NCBI GenBank assembly: GCA_050250255.1
Contig: JBFWOZ010000010.1
Coordinates: 1-64,000, forward strand
Reading direction: 5' to 3'
Length of the DNA: 64,000 nucleotides
From: Bdellovibrionales bacterium
Lineage (GTDB): Bacteria; Bdellovibrionota; Bdellovibrionia; Bdellovibrionales; DASUEL01
In this document: positions 17,538-27,714 of the stretch, piece after piece
Layout: the number at the start of each line of letters is the position of its first letter
How positions within the stretch are numbered: position 1 is the first letter of the stretch
Made by a program: the position numbers and the translations under genes
Notes under the pieces: model-generated
What the model was told of the DNA's origin: nothing
Database searches by the model: none
The model's input: the letters and a program-made list of their open reading frames with translations, nothing else

Positions 17538-18581
17538 CTAAGAGCGGATCGCCCAACGGAGTTTTGCGGGAGCGGCTCGGGGATTCGCACGCTGTTCTTC
17601 GAAGCTTGGGCGAATGAATTCTGGTGCGACCTGGCTGTATACGCCAGTCCGATGTCCAGCTTGAAAAGCTTTTTTTACGCGACGATCTTCGCCAGAGTGA
17701 AAACTTAAAATGGCGATTCGACCTCCGCGTTCGACGAAGTCGGGGAGTTCTTCTAAAAATTGATCGAGCGCTTCGAACTCTTCATTCACCGCGATTCGCA
17801 AAGTTTGAAATACGCGTTTGATAGGAGTGTTGCCTTCGTTCTCTCGCACCTTTGCAGAAAATGTTTTCACAACATCTCGAACGACTTTTGCCACCAGCAG
17901 TGTCGTTTGTGGTTTGTATTTCACCAAAGCCGCCGCAATTTGTCGTGCGTGAGGCTCATCGGAATTTTCAATTAACATCTCCTGCAAAGTTTCTTGATCG
18001 AGCTCTTTCAGAAGGGCGGATGCGGGTTGTCCGCGAGAAGGGTTCATTCGTAAATCGAAAGGCCCATCTTGCTTAAAAGTAAATCCGCGATCTGGATTAT
18101 CAATTTGCATGGAAGAGAGACCGAGATCGGCGAGCACCAAATCCATTTTCCCTAATTTATTGACCTTCAAAAAGTTTTTGGCTTCCCGAAAGTTGATAGA
18201 CCCAATCACGAGAGATTTTTCTGGAAAGTCGAGAGCTCTCAGGCGAGCCTCTGTCTTAGGTCGTTCAATAGGATCTTGATCCAAGGCGATGAGTCGCCCT
18301 TTAGGGAGAATGCGTTTTAAAATCTCTTGAGAGTGGCCACCAAAACCTAAAGTGGCATCGAGAGCTTTATCGCCAGGTTTTGGTTTGAGAATTTCTAAGA
18401 TTTCGTCGACACAGACGGGGCGGTGAGTTCCGACGGGAGTCGCTCCACGTTCAATGACCTTTTGCAAATCCTTTTGGTATTTTTCGGGATTGAGTTCTTT
18501 GTATTTTTCAGAAAATTTACGAGGGTGTTTTCCCTTATAGCGGACTCGTCGTTTAGGTTTTGGTTCCGACGAGTCATTCAT
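17538..18581 (-). CDS. rsmH: 16S rRNA m4C1402 methyltransferase RsmH
   Basis: HRPV, DATLGFGGHS, DLGLSSMQ, DLRM, FHSGEDRRVK, NPRA..AKLR. Confidence 0.92.
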   Translation of the reverse strand: MNDSSEPKPKRRVRYKGKHPRKFSEKYKELNPEKYQKDLQKVIERGATPVGTHRPVCVDEILEILKPKPGDKALDATLGFGGHSQEILKRILPKGRLIALDQDPIERPKTEARLRALDFPEKSLVIGSINFREAKNFLKVNKLGKMDLVLADLGLSSMQIDNPDRGFTFKQDGPFDLRMNPSRGQPASALLKELDQETLQEMLIENSDEPHARQIAAALVKYKPQTTLLVAKVVRDVVKTFSAKVRENEGNTPIKRVFQTLRIAVNEEFEALDQFLEELPDFVERGGRIAILSFHSGEDRRVKKAFQAGHRTGVYSQVAPEFIRPSFEEQRANPRAAPAKLRWAIRS

Positions 18582-18595
18582 AAGAGTCACTCATT

Positions 18596-19519
18596 TTAGA
18601 GATTTGATTTTACCGTACGAGCGACACCAGCGCCGTGAAGCGAGTGTTTTTCGTAAAGGGCTTCAGGTGTTCCGCTTTCGCCGTAGGTGTCGTTCACACC
18701 GATGCGTACGAGGCGAGTGCCAATCCCAGTTGTGCTTAAGTGTTCTGCCACCGCGCCGCCAAGGCCTCCAATAATATTGTGATCCTCAGCCGTGAAAATG
18801 GTTTTACATTTTTTGGCCCAAGTGGTGATGGCTTCTGTATCGAGGGGTTTGATCGTGTGAACGTTCACTACCGCTACGTCGAGGCCATCTTTTTTCAACA
18901 ACTCTGCCGCTTGCATCGCGGAGCCTACAAGGCCTCCAGTTGCAAAGATTACGGTGTCTTTACCAGAGCGAAGTTCATCGGCTTTTCCAAAACGGAATTT
19001 GTAATCAGATTTATGAACCACATCCATATCTTGGCGTGTGAGACGAAGATAGGCGGGACCTTGGTGATCCATCAAATAGCGCATCATCGCTTTTGTTTCG
19101 ATGTCATCAGCAGGTTGAAGAACAGTCATATTAGGAAGGGTGCGCATGCAAGCGATGTCTTCTAAGCCCATCTGACTGTAACCGTCTTCACCGATTCCGA
19201 TACCAGAGTGAGTACCAACGAGGCGAACGTTGGCGTTGGAGTAACCAACACTCACACGAATGATATCGAAACGACCTGTTAAGAAACACGCGAAGGAACA
19301 AAGAAAAGGAATTTTCCCACTGAGAGCTAAACCTGCAGCTGTTCCGATCATGTTGGCTTCTTGAATTCCCATTTGGAAAAAACGCTCGGGAAATTTTTTG
19401 CTAAATGACTCGCTCTTTGTGCTTTTAGAAAGATCCGCATCAAGGACTACGATGTTTTTAAATTCGGGACCTAGTTCAACAAGTGCATCACCAAAACTGG
19501 CGCGAGTGGCTTTACCCAT
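18596..19519 (-). CDS. Transketolase, C-terminal (pyrimidine-binding) subunit
   Basis: LDADLSKST, GIQEANM, GEDG.S.Q, EDH.IIGGLG. Confidence 0.93.
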   Translation of the reverse strand: MGKATRASFGDALVELGPEFKNIVVLDADLSKSTKSESFSKKFPERFFQMGIQEANMIGTAAGLALSGKIPFLCSFACFLTGRFDIIRVSVGYSNANVRLVGTHSGIGIGEDGYSQMGLEDIACMRTLPNMTVLQPADDIETKAMMRYLMDHQGPAYLRLTRQDMDVVHKSDYKFRFGKADELRSGKDTVIFATGGLVGSAMQAAELLKKDGLDVAVVNVHTIKPLDTEAITTWAKKCKTIFTAEDHNIIGGLGGAVAEHLSTTGIGTRLVRIGVNDTYGESGTPEALYEKHSLHGAGVARTVKSNL

Positions 19520-19522
19520 AAG

Positions 19523-20368
19523 TTAGGCCTCCTGAAGGGATTGTTCATATTGATCCATTTCGGAAAGAGCTTTTTTGAGCTCCTCTGCGTTTGGACTGGA
19601 GCCGTGCCATTTATTCACGTTTTCCATGTAGCTCACGCCTTTACCTTTAACGGTATCGGCAATGACGATGGTTGGTTTTGTTTTTTCCGCTCGTGCTTTC
19701 GCAAGAGCCGAAAGAATTTGTTCGAAGTTGTGTCCATCGATGCGAATGGTATTCCATCCGAAAGCTTGGAATTTCTTTTCGATTTCACCAAGGCTCAAAA
19801 CTTCTTCCGTCGTTCCATCGATTTGGTAGCGATTTAAATCCAAGAACACGCAAATGTTCGTAATTTTATGGTGCGGAATCGACATTGCCGCTTCCCACAC
19901 TTGCCCTTCTTGAGTTTCACCATCTCCCATCAAGCAATAAACGCGATAGTCTTTTTTCTCAATCCGGGCGTTAAGGGCAATCCCTTGAGCGATCGAGAGA
20001 CCTTGCCCAAGTGATCCGGTGCAAGCTTCGACCGCTGGCATACGCATGCGATCGGGATGTCCTTGAAACGGACTTCCGAGTTTTCTTAAACTTAAAGTTT
20101 CTTCTGGTTTAAAATAACCTTTGAGCGCAAGCGTTGCATAGAGAGCCGGCACTGCATGACCTTTGCTCAAGATGAAACGATCGCGATCAGCCCATGTGGG
20201 TTCTTTCGGATTTGTTTTCATCTCATCAAAAAAGAGAGTGGTGATGATGTCGATGGCAGAAAGGGATCCACCCGGATGTCCATTTCCAGCAGCGGTGAGC
20301 ATTTTTAAAATCCACCGACGGGCTTCGGTGGCCGTTTTTTGAAGATTATAAACTTTTGATTTTGACAT
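19523..20368 (-). CDS. Transketolase, N-terminal (TPP-binding) subunit
   Basis: GHPGGSLS, DRFILSKGH, GSLGQG, GDGE..EG..WEA, KGKG. Confidence 0.94.
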   Translation of the reverse strand: MSKSKVYNLQKTATEARRWILKMLTAAGNGHPGGSLSAIDIITTLFFDEMKTNPKEPTWADRDRFILSKGHAVPALYATLALKGYFKPEETLSLRKLGSPFQGHPDRMRMPAVEACTGSLGQGLSIAQGIALNARIEKKDYRVYCLMGDGETQEGQVWEAAMSIPHHKITNICVFLDLNRYQIDGTTEEVLSLGEIEKKFQAFGWNTIRIDGHNFEQILSALAKARAEKTKPTIVIADTVKGKGVSYMENVNKWHGSSPNAEELKKALSEMDQYEQSLQEA

Positions 20369-20414
20369 GTTTCGTTTTCCCTCGATCGCAGGAAAACGTC
20401 AAGCGCCCGGTTTC

Positions 20415-21047
20415 TTAAAACATGAAGGTAAAAGCGAGAATGGGGCGGAAGAAGGCATGATTCGCTGTTGCAGGCAAATCGACTGCGACGCCGGTGCTTC
20501 CCTGTTGCTTCGTATAAGTCGCGGTATAGTAGGTGAGCTGTGGGCCTAGGCCGATTTGGCCATTAAACCAAAAGGTCACACCGATGTCGACTTGGTAACC
20601 TGTTCCCCCGGTAAAAGTTGTTTTGAGCGAGTCGGTTCCTGTCGTATAGAGTGGCGCTAAATGATAGGTCCCGAAGATATAAAACATGTCACCTGCAAAA
20701 CCCAAAGTTGGTCCATATGCTTGATAGGTTCTTTTGGTGTCAGAGGTTGTCGCATCGCCAAGAGATTCTTGAGTGTTGTGCGTACCATTATAATAAGTGC
20801 CGCCAATAAAAAGACCCATATCCGTAAGGTAACCTAAAGCCACCATCATATCCGTACGAGTGTTGACGGTTTTAGTAGCCTGATCGCCACTGGCCTGACC
20901 TCCGTCATTGAATGAATCGGTCCAGTACATTCCCATGGGCCGTAAAAGAAATCCGCCGCGACCGCCTTTTGCGGCAAAGGCAACAATGCTCATTAAAAAT
21001 ATTGTCGAAAAAATAAGAATCAAAAAGGGCATTCTTGAATTTTTCAT
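20415..21047 (-). CDS. Outer-membrane beta-barrel protein (hypothetical)
   Basis: Signal peptide, alternating aromatic/Gly strands, C-terminal Phe. Confidence 0.7.
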   Translation of the reverse strand: MKNSRMPFLILIFSTIFLMSIVAFAAKGGRGGFLLRPMGMYWTDSFNDGGQASGDQATKTVNTRTDMMVALGYLTDMGLFIGGTYYNGTHNTQESLGDATTSDTKRTYQAYGPTLGFAGDMFYIFGTYHLAPLYTTGTDSLKTTFTGGTGYQVDIGVTFWFNGQIGLGPQLTYYTATYTKQQGSTGVAVDLPATANHAFFRPILAFTFMF

Positions 21048-21156
21048 AACCACCTCGTTACTCTTTTTAAAGATGTGAGTTGCGCTCACCTATGGAAAAT
21101 TGTAGCTGATTTTTATGGACCAAGGTCAAAGTTCAGAAAGAACTTAGGACTATGGT

Positions 21157-21795
21157 CTAGGAGTTTTTCAGTTGACCCATATTTACCTGAACCGTCGAGC
21201 TGGCGAGGCTTTCAACGTCCCGCGGGTCATGAGTGATAAGAAGGGTGGGGATTTTAAACTCCTCTACCGTCTTTTTAACAAGAGCACGAGCTTCGTTCTT
21301 CAGATCTTCATCGATGGCAGAAAAAGGCTCATCTAAAAAGAGAAATTGTGGTTCACCAATGAGCGCACGCGCAAGGGCCACCCGTTGTTTTTCTCCACCA
21401 GAAAGAACGGCTGTGGGTCGCTCAAGAAGATACTGAATTTTTAAAAGCTGAGTGAGCTTTTCGAGATTTTCTTTTTTCCGAGAAGCTTTGATTTTTCTCG
21501 CATGTGCCGCGAATTCTAAATTTTCTCGCGCGCTCATGTGAGGAAAGAGTTCGTAGTTTTGAAAAACAACTCCAAGACGTTTTGAAGGAATATCCTGTTT
21601 CGCAATATCCACACCTTTTAAAGTCCAACTCAAAGTAGGGCAACTTTCCAAGCCAATCAGAAGGCGAAAAATAGAAGTTTTCCCTGCACCCGATGGACCG
21701 ATCAGCGCCGTAATGCCTTGATCGGGAATTTCCCATTGAGGAATATGAATTTTAAAATCCCCATAATCTTTAATGAGGCCGGTAACCAAAGACAT
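21157..21795 (-). CDS. ABC transporter ATPase (ThiQ-like)
   Basis: GPSGAGKT, LSGGEKQR, LDEPF, ITHD. Confidence 0.88.
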   Translation of the reverse strand: MSLVTGLIKDYGDFKIHIPQWEIPDQGITALIGPSGAGKTSIFRLLIGLESCPTLSWTLKGVDIAKQDIPSKRLGVVFQNYELFPHMSARENLEFAAHARKIKASRKKENLEKLTQLLKIQYLLERPTAVLSGGEKQRVALARALIGEPQFLFLDEPFSAIDEDLKNEARALVKKTVEEFKIPTLLITHDPRDVESLASSTVQVNMGQLKNS

Positions 21796-23206
21796 AACCT
21801 AATCTCCGAAAAAATATCCAAACGCTCAAACCTAAAATAAGATTGAGCCAAGCAAGACTGCTCGCGGCTTCTATACGATAAGAATCCGCTAAGCTTTTAA
21901 TTAAAAGTGATAACGAAAAAGTGGAGGGGGCCATAAGACTGGAAAAAGCAAAGTCTCCCGACGCCCAGAAAGCCATTAAGGCGGCTCCAAAACAGAGCGC
22001 GGGCCACACTTGAGGCAAAATGATCTTCCAATAAATTTCAGAAGGAGAGGCGCCTAAGCTTTGCGCCACTTCCATCTGGGGAAGAAGGGCATAGAAGGTG
22101 CCATCAACTTGGAGTCGATAAATCAAAGGAAGAGTCAAAACGCAAAGACCCAGAATGATCGCCACTAAAGGCGAAAGAAATTCTGGCAAATCTAAAGAAA
22201 GCCACGCGACTCCTAGGAATGCCGTACTTGGCGCCAGGTAACTCAGCAAAAAGGGGCGAAAATGCGGATGCGGGAGTGCATAGCAGGTGAGAGCTAAAAG
22301 AAAAATCATAAAAAAACCCGCGCCGAGACTTATGAAGACGGAATGAAGAAGTGCAGAAGAAAACGAGACCACCGAGTGGAGCTGCTTGAGATCTTGAAAG
22401 CCTCTTGGGAGATCAAGAAGTTGTCCCCATAAAATAATGACGGTGATTGTAAGCACCGGAATAAGTCCCCACCATAATCCAAGCAGTCGTGGCTGAAAGG
22501 GTTTTGTGTTAAGCGAAGTGTGAAAACGAGAAAGTTTCCAGCAGATCGCGAGCAAAAACAAAGACTGAAAGAGAGAGAGAGCAAAGGCCTGGGAGAAATC
22601 TTGATCAATGCGAATTTTTTCATAAATGAAGAGTTCAAGTGTTTGCCCGGTAAACCCGCCCGCAATAAGAGGAACAGAAAGACTACTAAAGGTAAGGGAA
22701 AAGAAAAAAAGTAGTAAAAGTGCTAAGTCTTTTTTTAAATAAGAAAGGACGACTTTCAAAAAAGCTAAGCGAGTCGCACCTTCAACAAGTGCGAGCTCAC
22801 TCCATGTTCCTACTTTCGTGAGGAGAAGGGATTTGAGACTCACGGCACAGAGGCCAGTATAAAGTGCCGTTTGCACAATCACGATACCCGTAAGCCCAAA
22901 GGGGAAGGGATTAAAAAACTTCAAGCAAGCAACGAGAACAAAAAGAGTAGGAACAAGGCTTGGTAAAAGCAAAAGGGTTTCTAATTTTTTCCAATTATAA
23001 AAATGAACTAAACCAAGGGCACCAAGAAATCCAAAGAGAAGGATAGAGAAGCTGCTGAGACTCGCCTGGAGAATGGTGAAACTCAAGATGTGTAGAAACT
23101 GAGCGTAAGGAATGTGATTCCAGGAGTTAAGCTCGCTGACCAGCACGAGGAAGGGCGAAAGGAGCAGAAGGGCAATAAGAAAACGAATGAGAGATTTTAT
23201 GCTCAT
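21770..23206 (-). CDS. ABC transporter permease (ThiP-like, duplicated TM domain)
   Basis: Many TM helices; two EAA-like loops (ELALVEGA, EVAQSLGAS). Confidence 0.85.
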   Translation of the reverse strand: MSIKSLIRFLIALLLLSPFLVLVSELNSWNHIPYAQFLHILSFTILQASLSSFSILLFGFLGALGLVHFYNWKKLETLLLLPSLVPTLFVLVACLKFFNPFPFGLTGIVIVQTALYTGLCAVSLKSLLLTKVGTWSELALVEGATRLAFLKVVLSYLKKDLALLLLFFFSLTFSSLSVPLIAGGFTGQTLELFIYEKIRIDQDFSQAFALSLFQSLFLLAICWKLSRFHTSLNTKPFQPRLLGLWWGLIPVLTITVIILWGQLLDLPRGFQDLKQLHSVVSFSSALLHSVFISLGAGFFMIFLLALTCYALPHPHFRPFLLSYLAPSTAFLGVAWLSLDLPEFLSPLVAIILGLCVLTLPLIYRLQVDGTFYALLPQMEVAQSLGASPSEIYWKIILPQVWPALCFGAALMAFWASGDFAFSSLMAPSTFSLSLLIKSLADSYRIEAASSLAWLNLILGLSVWIFFRRLGYVFGYRPH

Positions 23207-24216
23207 TGCACTTGAGACCAAAGATCCAGAAGTTCTTTCATTTTCAAGGTGGCGTAATCTTGGAGAGAAAAAGTTTTAACGAGAGGCAGTTGCGCGAATG
23301 GGGTTTGTGCCATGATGCGTTCTTGTGCGGGAAACATATAGTTCTTTTCCATCACAATCTTCTGAGCTGAGTCGCTTAAGAGAAATTTGATGAACTCTTT
23401 TGCAAGCGGAACATTGGAAGAACCTTCAGGAATCGCCATCCATTCATACTGTACAGCCAAAGATTCTTTAAAAACGATCGGCTGGTAATCAGAGTCTTTT
23501 TCTTCAACCCAATGATAAACCGGTGATGTGAGATAACTGTAAGCGAGCTTCGCTTGTTTTTTCTTAAAGAGCCCATAGGCGGTACTCCACGAAGGAGAAA
23601 TGCTATGAATGTTATGCTTAAGTTGTTTTAAAAAAGTAGCGGCATTTTCTTTTTTTACAAGAGAAATCCAGGAAAGAAATTGTAAGCCCGGAGTGCTGGT
23701 TCGGGGATCTTGAAGAGCAATAGTGGATTTGTATTCAGGTTTTAAAAGATCATCGATGGAGCGAGGAGGATTTTTGAGCTCACTTTTTCGGTAGATAAAG
23801 GTGAGAGGTGCCCAATCGAGAGGAAGAAAAAAGTGATGAGCCGGAACTTCGCGATCCGGTAAAAGTTCAACGAGTTCGGAAAGAGGCTGCCAGCTGAGTT
23901 TTTCTTCGGCTTGCGGTAAGTGGAGCTGGTCTAAACCCAGCACCAGATCCACACGTTTTTCTCGCTCACGTAAAAGTTTTTGTAAAATGAGTGTTGAGTC
24001 TTCGACTTGAACAAGATTGATTTTGCAGTCGCACTGAGCTTCAAACTCTTTCACCAATATTGGTCCAGGACCCCAAGCGTTAAGAAAAGAAGGGTAGGAA
24101 TACACGATGAGAGTTTTTTGGTAATTGTAGAGCTTTGGTTTCGTATAGAAATAAACGGACCATACGGCGAGTGCGAGAAAGCCTAGAATTCCGAGACCCA
24201 CCTTGCGCGAGTCCAT
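23203..24216 (-). CDS. thiB: Thiamine ABC transporter substrate-binding protein (ThiB/TbpA-like)
   Basis: YSY.SF..WGPGP, FEAQC.C, QDPRTSTPG, WSTAYGLF, SYLTSP.YH. Confidence 0.85.
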   Translation of the reverse strand: MDSRKVGLGILGFLALAVWSVYFYTKPKLYNYQKTLIVYSYPSFLNAWGPGPILVKEFEAQCDCKINLVQVEDSTLILQKLLREREKRVDLVLGLDQLHLPQAEEKLSWQPLSELVELLPDREVPAHHFFLPLDWAPLTFIYRKSELKNPPRSIDDLLKPEYKSTIALQDPRTSTPGLQFLSWISLVKKENAATFLKQLKHNIHSISPSWSTAYGLFKKKQAKLAYSYLTSPVYHWVEEKDSDYQPIVFKESLAVQYEWMAIPEGSSNVPLAKEFIKFLLSDSAQKIVMEKNYMFPAQERIMAQTPFAQLPLVKTFSLQDYATLKMKELLDLWSQVQ

Positions 24217-24710
24217 TACCACCAAATTCCACGCTGTCGCTTATAGAAAAAGTAATCCATTCCTAAGCAGCGTCCTGCTCCTAACCAAGCCATGGTCAAG
24301 AAAATGGCAATCAAAAGTCGGTAGAGGTCAGCGCTTTCGGGACCATAAATCCACAACATGTTCAAAGATAAGAAAAATCCTAGGATGGAAAGGGGTCTCA
24401 CGAAATAGCCAAGCACATAACTAATGCCGATCAAAAGCTCCATAACCACAATTGCTAAAGCAAAAATTTGCCAGTTAGGTACTAAAATGTTCTCGATGAA
24501 GGTGCTGTACCATTGAGGTGCGAGAGAACGTGGCAGCCAATGAAGGGCCGTCTCGGCTAACACAGGCCGTACCAAAAAATCGCTTCCATAACGCTCGAGC
24601 GCCTGGTTAATATAAAAATAACCAATATAAACTCTCAGAAGAGCGAGAGGAAACAGATGACCAAGATATTTAATACTTTCAAAAAATGCGACCAGCACAG
24701 CTTTCTTCAT
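24216..24710 (-). CDS. DoxX family membrane protein
   Basis: LLRVYIG, ELLIG, GAGR..G.D; four TM helices. Confidence 0.8.
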   Translation of the reverse strand: MKKAVLVAFFESIKYLGHLFPLALLRVYIGYFYINQALERYGSDFLVRPVLAETALHWLPRSLAPQWYSTFIENILVPNWQIFALAIVVMELLIGISYVLGYFVRPLSILGFFLSLNMLWIYGPESADLYRLLIAIFLTMAWLGAGRCLGMDYFFYKRQRGIWW

Positions 24711-24749
24711 GCGCTCCTTACAGCAGAGAGTCAAACTTTGTTTTGCAAT

Positions 24750-25670
24750 GTGCTTGTTACTTTTTTGTTAGGGTTTTCCTTCTTTTTTGACGCAACGGCC
24801 TTTGCGAAGGAAAAGTCTATTTCTACTCTCATGGAAGATCTCCAAAAGACCGTGAAGGCCCGTAAGTGGAATTGGGATCTAAGTGTTTTTACGTCACAAG
24901 GTTGGCAAAGCCACGGAACTTCAGTTCAAGGCTATCCAATGATTTATTATAGCTGCGGAGATACAAAGGCCTCCAACAAATCTCTCATTTTGGCGAATGT
25001 GCATGGAGATGAAGTCACTCCAGGGTATTTTGGTTTTAGATTGGTTGAGTGGTTAAAGGCCCGACCGGAACTTTGTAAGGATCGTTTTATCGTTGTCGCT
25101 CCTATGGTGAACCCTGATGGGTTTATGCGCTACTCTAAAGGAACGCGCACGAATTATAACAAAGTAGATTTGAATCGGAATTTTGATACCCCAGATTGGG
25201 ACAAGCTGGCGCTCAAGATTTGGAAAGAAAAATTCAAGGCCCGCCGATACTATCCAGGAGATAAAGCGGGGACAGAACCGGAAGTGCATTTCCAAAAATG
25301 GCTCATTGATGAATTTATGCCGACAAAAATTTTAAGCATTCACGCGCCTCTTAATTTCTTAGATTACGATGGCCCTCAGAACAACGAAGAGATTGCAGTG
25401 TTCGCAAAAAAGTATGTTGAAGCCTGTGAAGAGTTAAAATCGGCAGTGAAGAAAGCTACGCCGGCACTTGATTTTTACGCCTATGGAGTATTCCCAGGAA
25501 GTCTCGGAAATTATGCGGGTAAACAAAAAGGAATTCCTACTTTCACTGTTGAGCTACCGACAACAAAGCCTGAGTTGGCTGGTAAGTATTTTGGAGACCT
25601 GGAAGAGGGCACAGCCCTTTTCATTCAGTACGCTTTGAAAGAACAAAAAACCGCCGCTCTCCCTCGATAA
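24750..25670 (+). CDS. M14 zinc carboxypeptidase (MpaA-like murein peptide amidase)
   Basis: HGDE, NPDG, R.N...VDLNRNF, EPE, SIH, TVELP; start codon uncertain. Confidence 0.88.
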   Translation: MLVTFLLGFSFFFDATAFAKEKSISTLMEDLQKTVKARKWNWDLSVFTSQGWQSHGTSVQGYPMIYYSCGDTKASNKSLILANVHGDEVTPGYFGFRLVEWLKARPELCKDRFIVVAPMVNPDGFMRYSKGTRTNYNKVDLNRNFDTPDWDKLALKIWKEKFKARRYYPGDKAGTEPEVHFQKWLIDEFMPTKILSIHAPLNFLDYDGPQNNEEIAVFAKKYVEACEELKSAVKKATPALDFYAYGVFPGSLGNYAGKQKGIPTFTVELPTTKPELAGKYFGDLEEGTALFIQYALKEQKTAALPR

Positions 25671-25783
25671 GATGAGAGACTGTTCCCAGCGCATTTCATG
25701 AGTAATTTTTTCTAAACTCCAGCCATTTAATTGTGATTAAACACTGCTAAACATAGAACGCCTCCTATACCAGGGAGGTATTC

Positions 25784-26173
25784 ATGAAATTTCTTTTTTT
25801 AGCTCTTATGGCTTTTTCGTTTTATGCAGAAGCTCAGCGCCGTGTAAGTCCTTGTAGCGTTGGAAACGCACGACAAGCTGCGGAGGTTGCTGCCCAAGTT
25901 CTTTTACAAAAACACAACATTGGTAATTATAAAGGTGTAACAAGCGTAGGTGTAGCTGCTTGCAGTCCTAAATCTTTAGCTCTACTTGCAGGCTATAAAG
26001 TTCCTGCGGTCGTTATGCCTGATGTATGTGGTGTTTTAGTCGGATTTGAAGATCGCTACGTAGCTAATGAAGTTGCAAAATCTATTATCACAAGTGTGGG
26101 TTCTAGATTTAAAACAAATCAAGGCGAAGTCAGAATCTGTGGACGTATTACAGGTCGCATTGTTCCGCAGTAA
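25784..26173 (+). CDS. Secreted hypothetical protein (4 Cys)
   Basis: GGAGG RBS and signal peptide. Confidence 0.7.
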   Translation: MKFLFLALMAFSFYAEAQRRVSPCSVGNARQAAEVAAQVLLQKHNIGNYKGVTSVGVAACSPKSLALLAGYKVPAVVMPDVCGVLVGFEDRYVANEVAKSIITSVGSRFKTNQGEVRICGRITGRIVPQ

Positions 26174-26186
26174 AAGTTCAGAATTT

Positions 26187-26882
26187 TTAAATCAACTTCG
26201 GACAAAGTTTATTTAAGAAACATTCATCACACAAAGGTTTACGAGCCGTGCAGATGGCGCGGCCGTGAGAAATCAGCCAGTGAGAAAAGTTCACCCAGTG
26301 TTCGCGCTCTATAAGTGGTTCTAGTTCTTTTTCGATCTGGACTGCGCTTTGGCCTTTCACAAGTCCCAGTCGATTGCTCAAGCGTGTGACATGCGTATCG
26401 ACGACCATTCCGGGAATTCCATAAGCATTTCCTAAAACGACATTCGCAGTTTTTCGACCGACGCCAGCAAGTGCGCTCAACTCTTCCATTGTTTTCGGAA
26501 CTTGTGATTTGTATTTGGTGACGAGCTCCTGGCAGCAGGCTTTGATGTTCTTGGCTTTGTTTTTATAAAAACCTGTTGAACGAACGAGAGTTTCAAGCTC
26601 CGTAATGTCCGCATTTGCAAAGGCTTTGGCGTTGGGGTAACGGGCAAAGAGTGCGGGAGTGGTTTTGTTTACGCGAGCATCTGTACATTGCGCAGAAAGA
26701 ATCGTGGCGATAAGAAGCTGTAACGGATTTTCGTAATCTAAAGAACATTTCGCATCGGCATATTCATGAGACAACTCGTGAACGATTTTATCCGTACGCT
26801 TTTTTTTCTGCTCAAACGTTTCTTTGGGATTTTTTTTTCGCGCCAAGGAGGGGAGCTTTTTGGATTTATTCTTGACCGTCAT
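26187..26882 (-). CDS. nth: Endonuclease III
   Basis: LSAQCTD, HhH GVGRKTANVVL, VDTHV, C-X6-C-X2-C-X5-C Fe-S motif. Confidence 0.95.
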   Translation of the reverse strand: MTVKNKSKKLPSLARKKNPKETFEQKKKRTDKIVHELSHEYADAKCSLDYENPLQLLIATILSAQCTDARVNKTTPALFARYPNAKAFANADITELETLVRSTGFYKNKAKNIKACCQELVTKYKSQVPKTMEELSALAGVGRKTANVVLGNAYGIPGMVVDTHVTRLSNRLGLVKGQSAVQIEKELEPLIEREHWVNFSHWLISHGRAICTARKPLCDECFLNKLCPKLI

Positions 26883-27102
26883 TGCCAATGGCTTCAACAG
26901 GACAACCTTCCATTGCTTCACGACACTGATCTTCTGTCTCGGGATTGCTTGGCTGTTTTGTCACAAAAGCATGGCCACCAGATTGATCCATGCTGAAAAA
27001 ATCAGGCGCAATCGTCACGCAAGCATCGCAAGCGATACATGCTTGATCTACGTAGAACTTGCCTTGAGCGTTCTCGCCCCATTTTTGCCCTTTGTCTGCC
27101 AT
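26866..27102 (-). CDS. Single-cluster ferredoxin
   Basis: CIACDAC...CPVEAI. Confidence 0.9.
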   Translation of the reverse strand: MADKGQKWGENAQGKFYVDQACIACDACVTIAPDFFSMDQSGGHAFVTKQPSNPETEDQCREAMEGCPVEAIGNDGQE

Positions 27103-27151
27103 GGCCTATTCTTCTCGTATTTCTCTGTTTTGGTCAAGGAACAGGTCGGAA

Positions 27152-27547
27152 TCACTGACATTTAAACTTCATCTCTGAAGTATAAGCGTCTCCTCCGGTC
27201 ATAATGGCGCCTACCGTTCCTGCGGTGCCTACAGCACCACCGGCACTTCGTTCGTTGCGGCCGCCGAGTCCATACATTCCAGAGCCTACTACAACCGCTG
27301 CTTTAGAAGCCTGGCGAACGGTTTTGCGGGTGGCCTCGTCCATATCGCCAGTGTACTTGGTGCCTTCGGTGACAAAGGCCGCTCGCTTTTCTAAGCTCTC
27401 GCAGTAGTGATGAGCCTGCGAAATTGCGGAGCGCTCCACTTGATCTTTTTCAGGGCCGCGAGTGATCACATAGTTTGTGCCATCAACACCTGGTCGTACA
27501 TCTCGATGATGAGCGCATGATGCGAGAAAAAGTAAAAAACTGATCAC
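27152..27547 (-). CDS. Hypothetical lipoprotein
   Basis: LASC lipobox, AGGAG RBS, glycine-zipper-like segment. Confidence 0.7.
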   Translation of the reverse strand: MISFLLFLASCAHHRDVRPGVDGTNYVITRGPEKDQVERSAISQAHHYCESLEKRAAFVTEGTKYTGDMDEATRKTVRQASKAAVVVGSGMYGLGGRNERSAGGAVGTAGTVGAIMTGGDAYTSEMKFKCQ

Positions 27548-27714
27548 GCAGCTCCTAGTCTTTAGGTGTGGACATTTCGACACGGGAAGAGAGCGGGAAC
27601 CGCACAATCTTTACCTCTGTCGAGGCATGGGGTCTTGAATCGGGAGATTTGGTTTGGGCCCTTCACTTCTTAGTATAAAATCTAATGAAACACATGATTT
27701 CAGAGGAGTTGGCC

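Noticed and set aside
18596..20368. Split transketolase as BMC-associated cargo
   Set aside because: It is 15 kb away with no encapsulation peptide, and two-gene transketolases are common.
24216..24760. TPP riboswitch upstream of the thiamine-type ABC operon
   Set aside because: No space and no recognisable aptamer motif; the binding-protein gene is coupled to DoxX.
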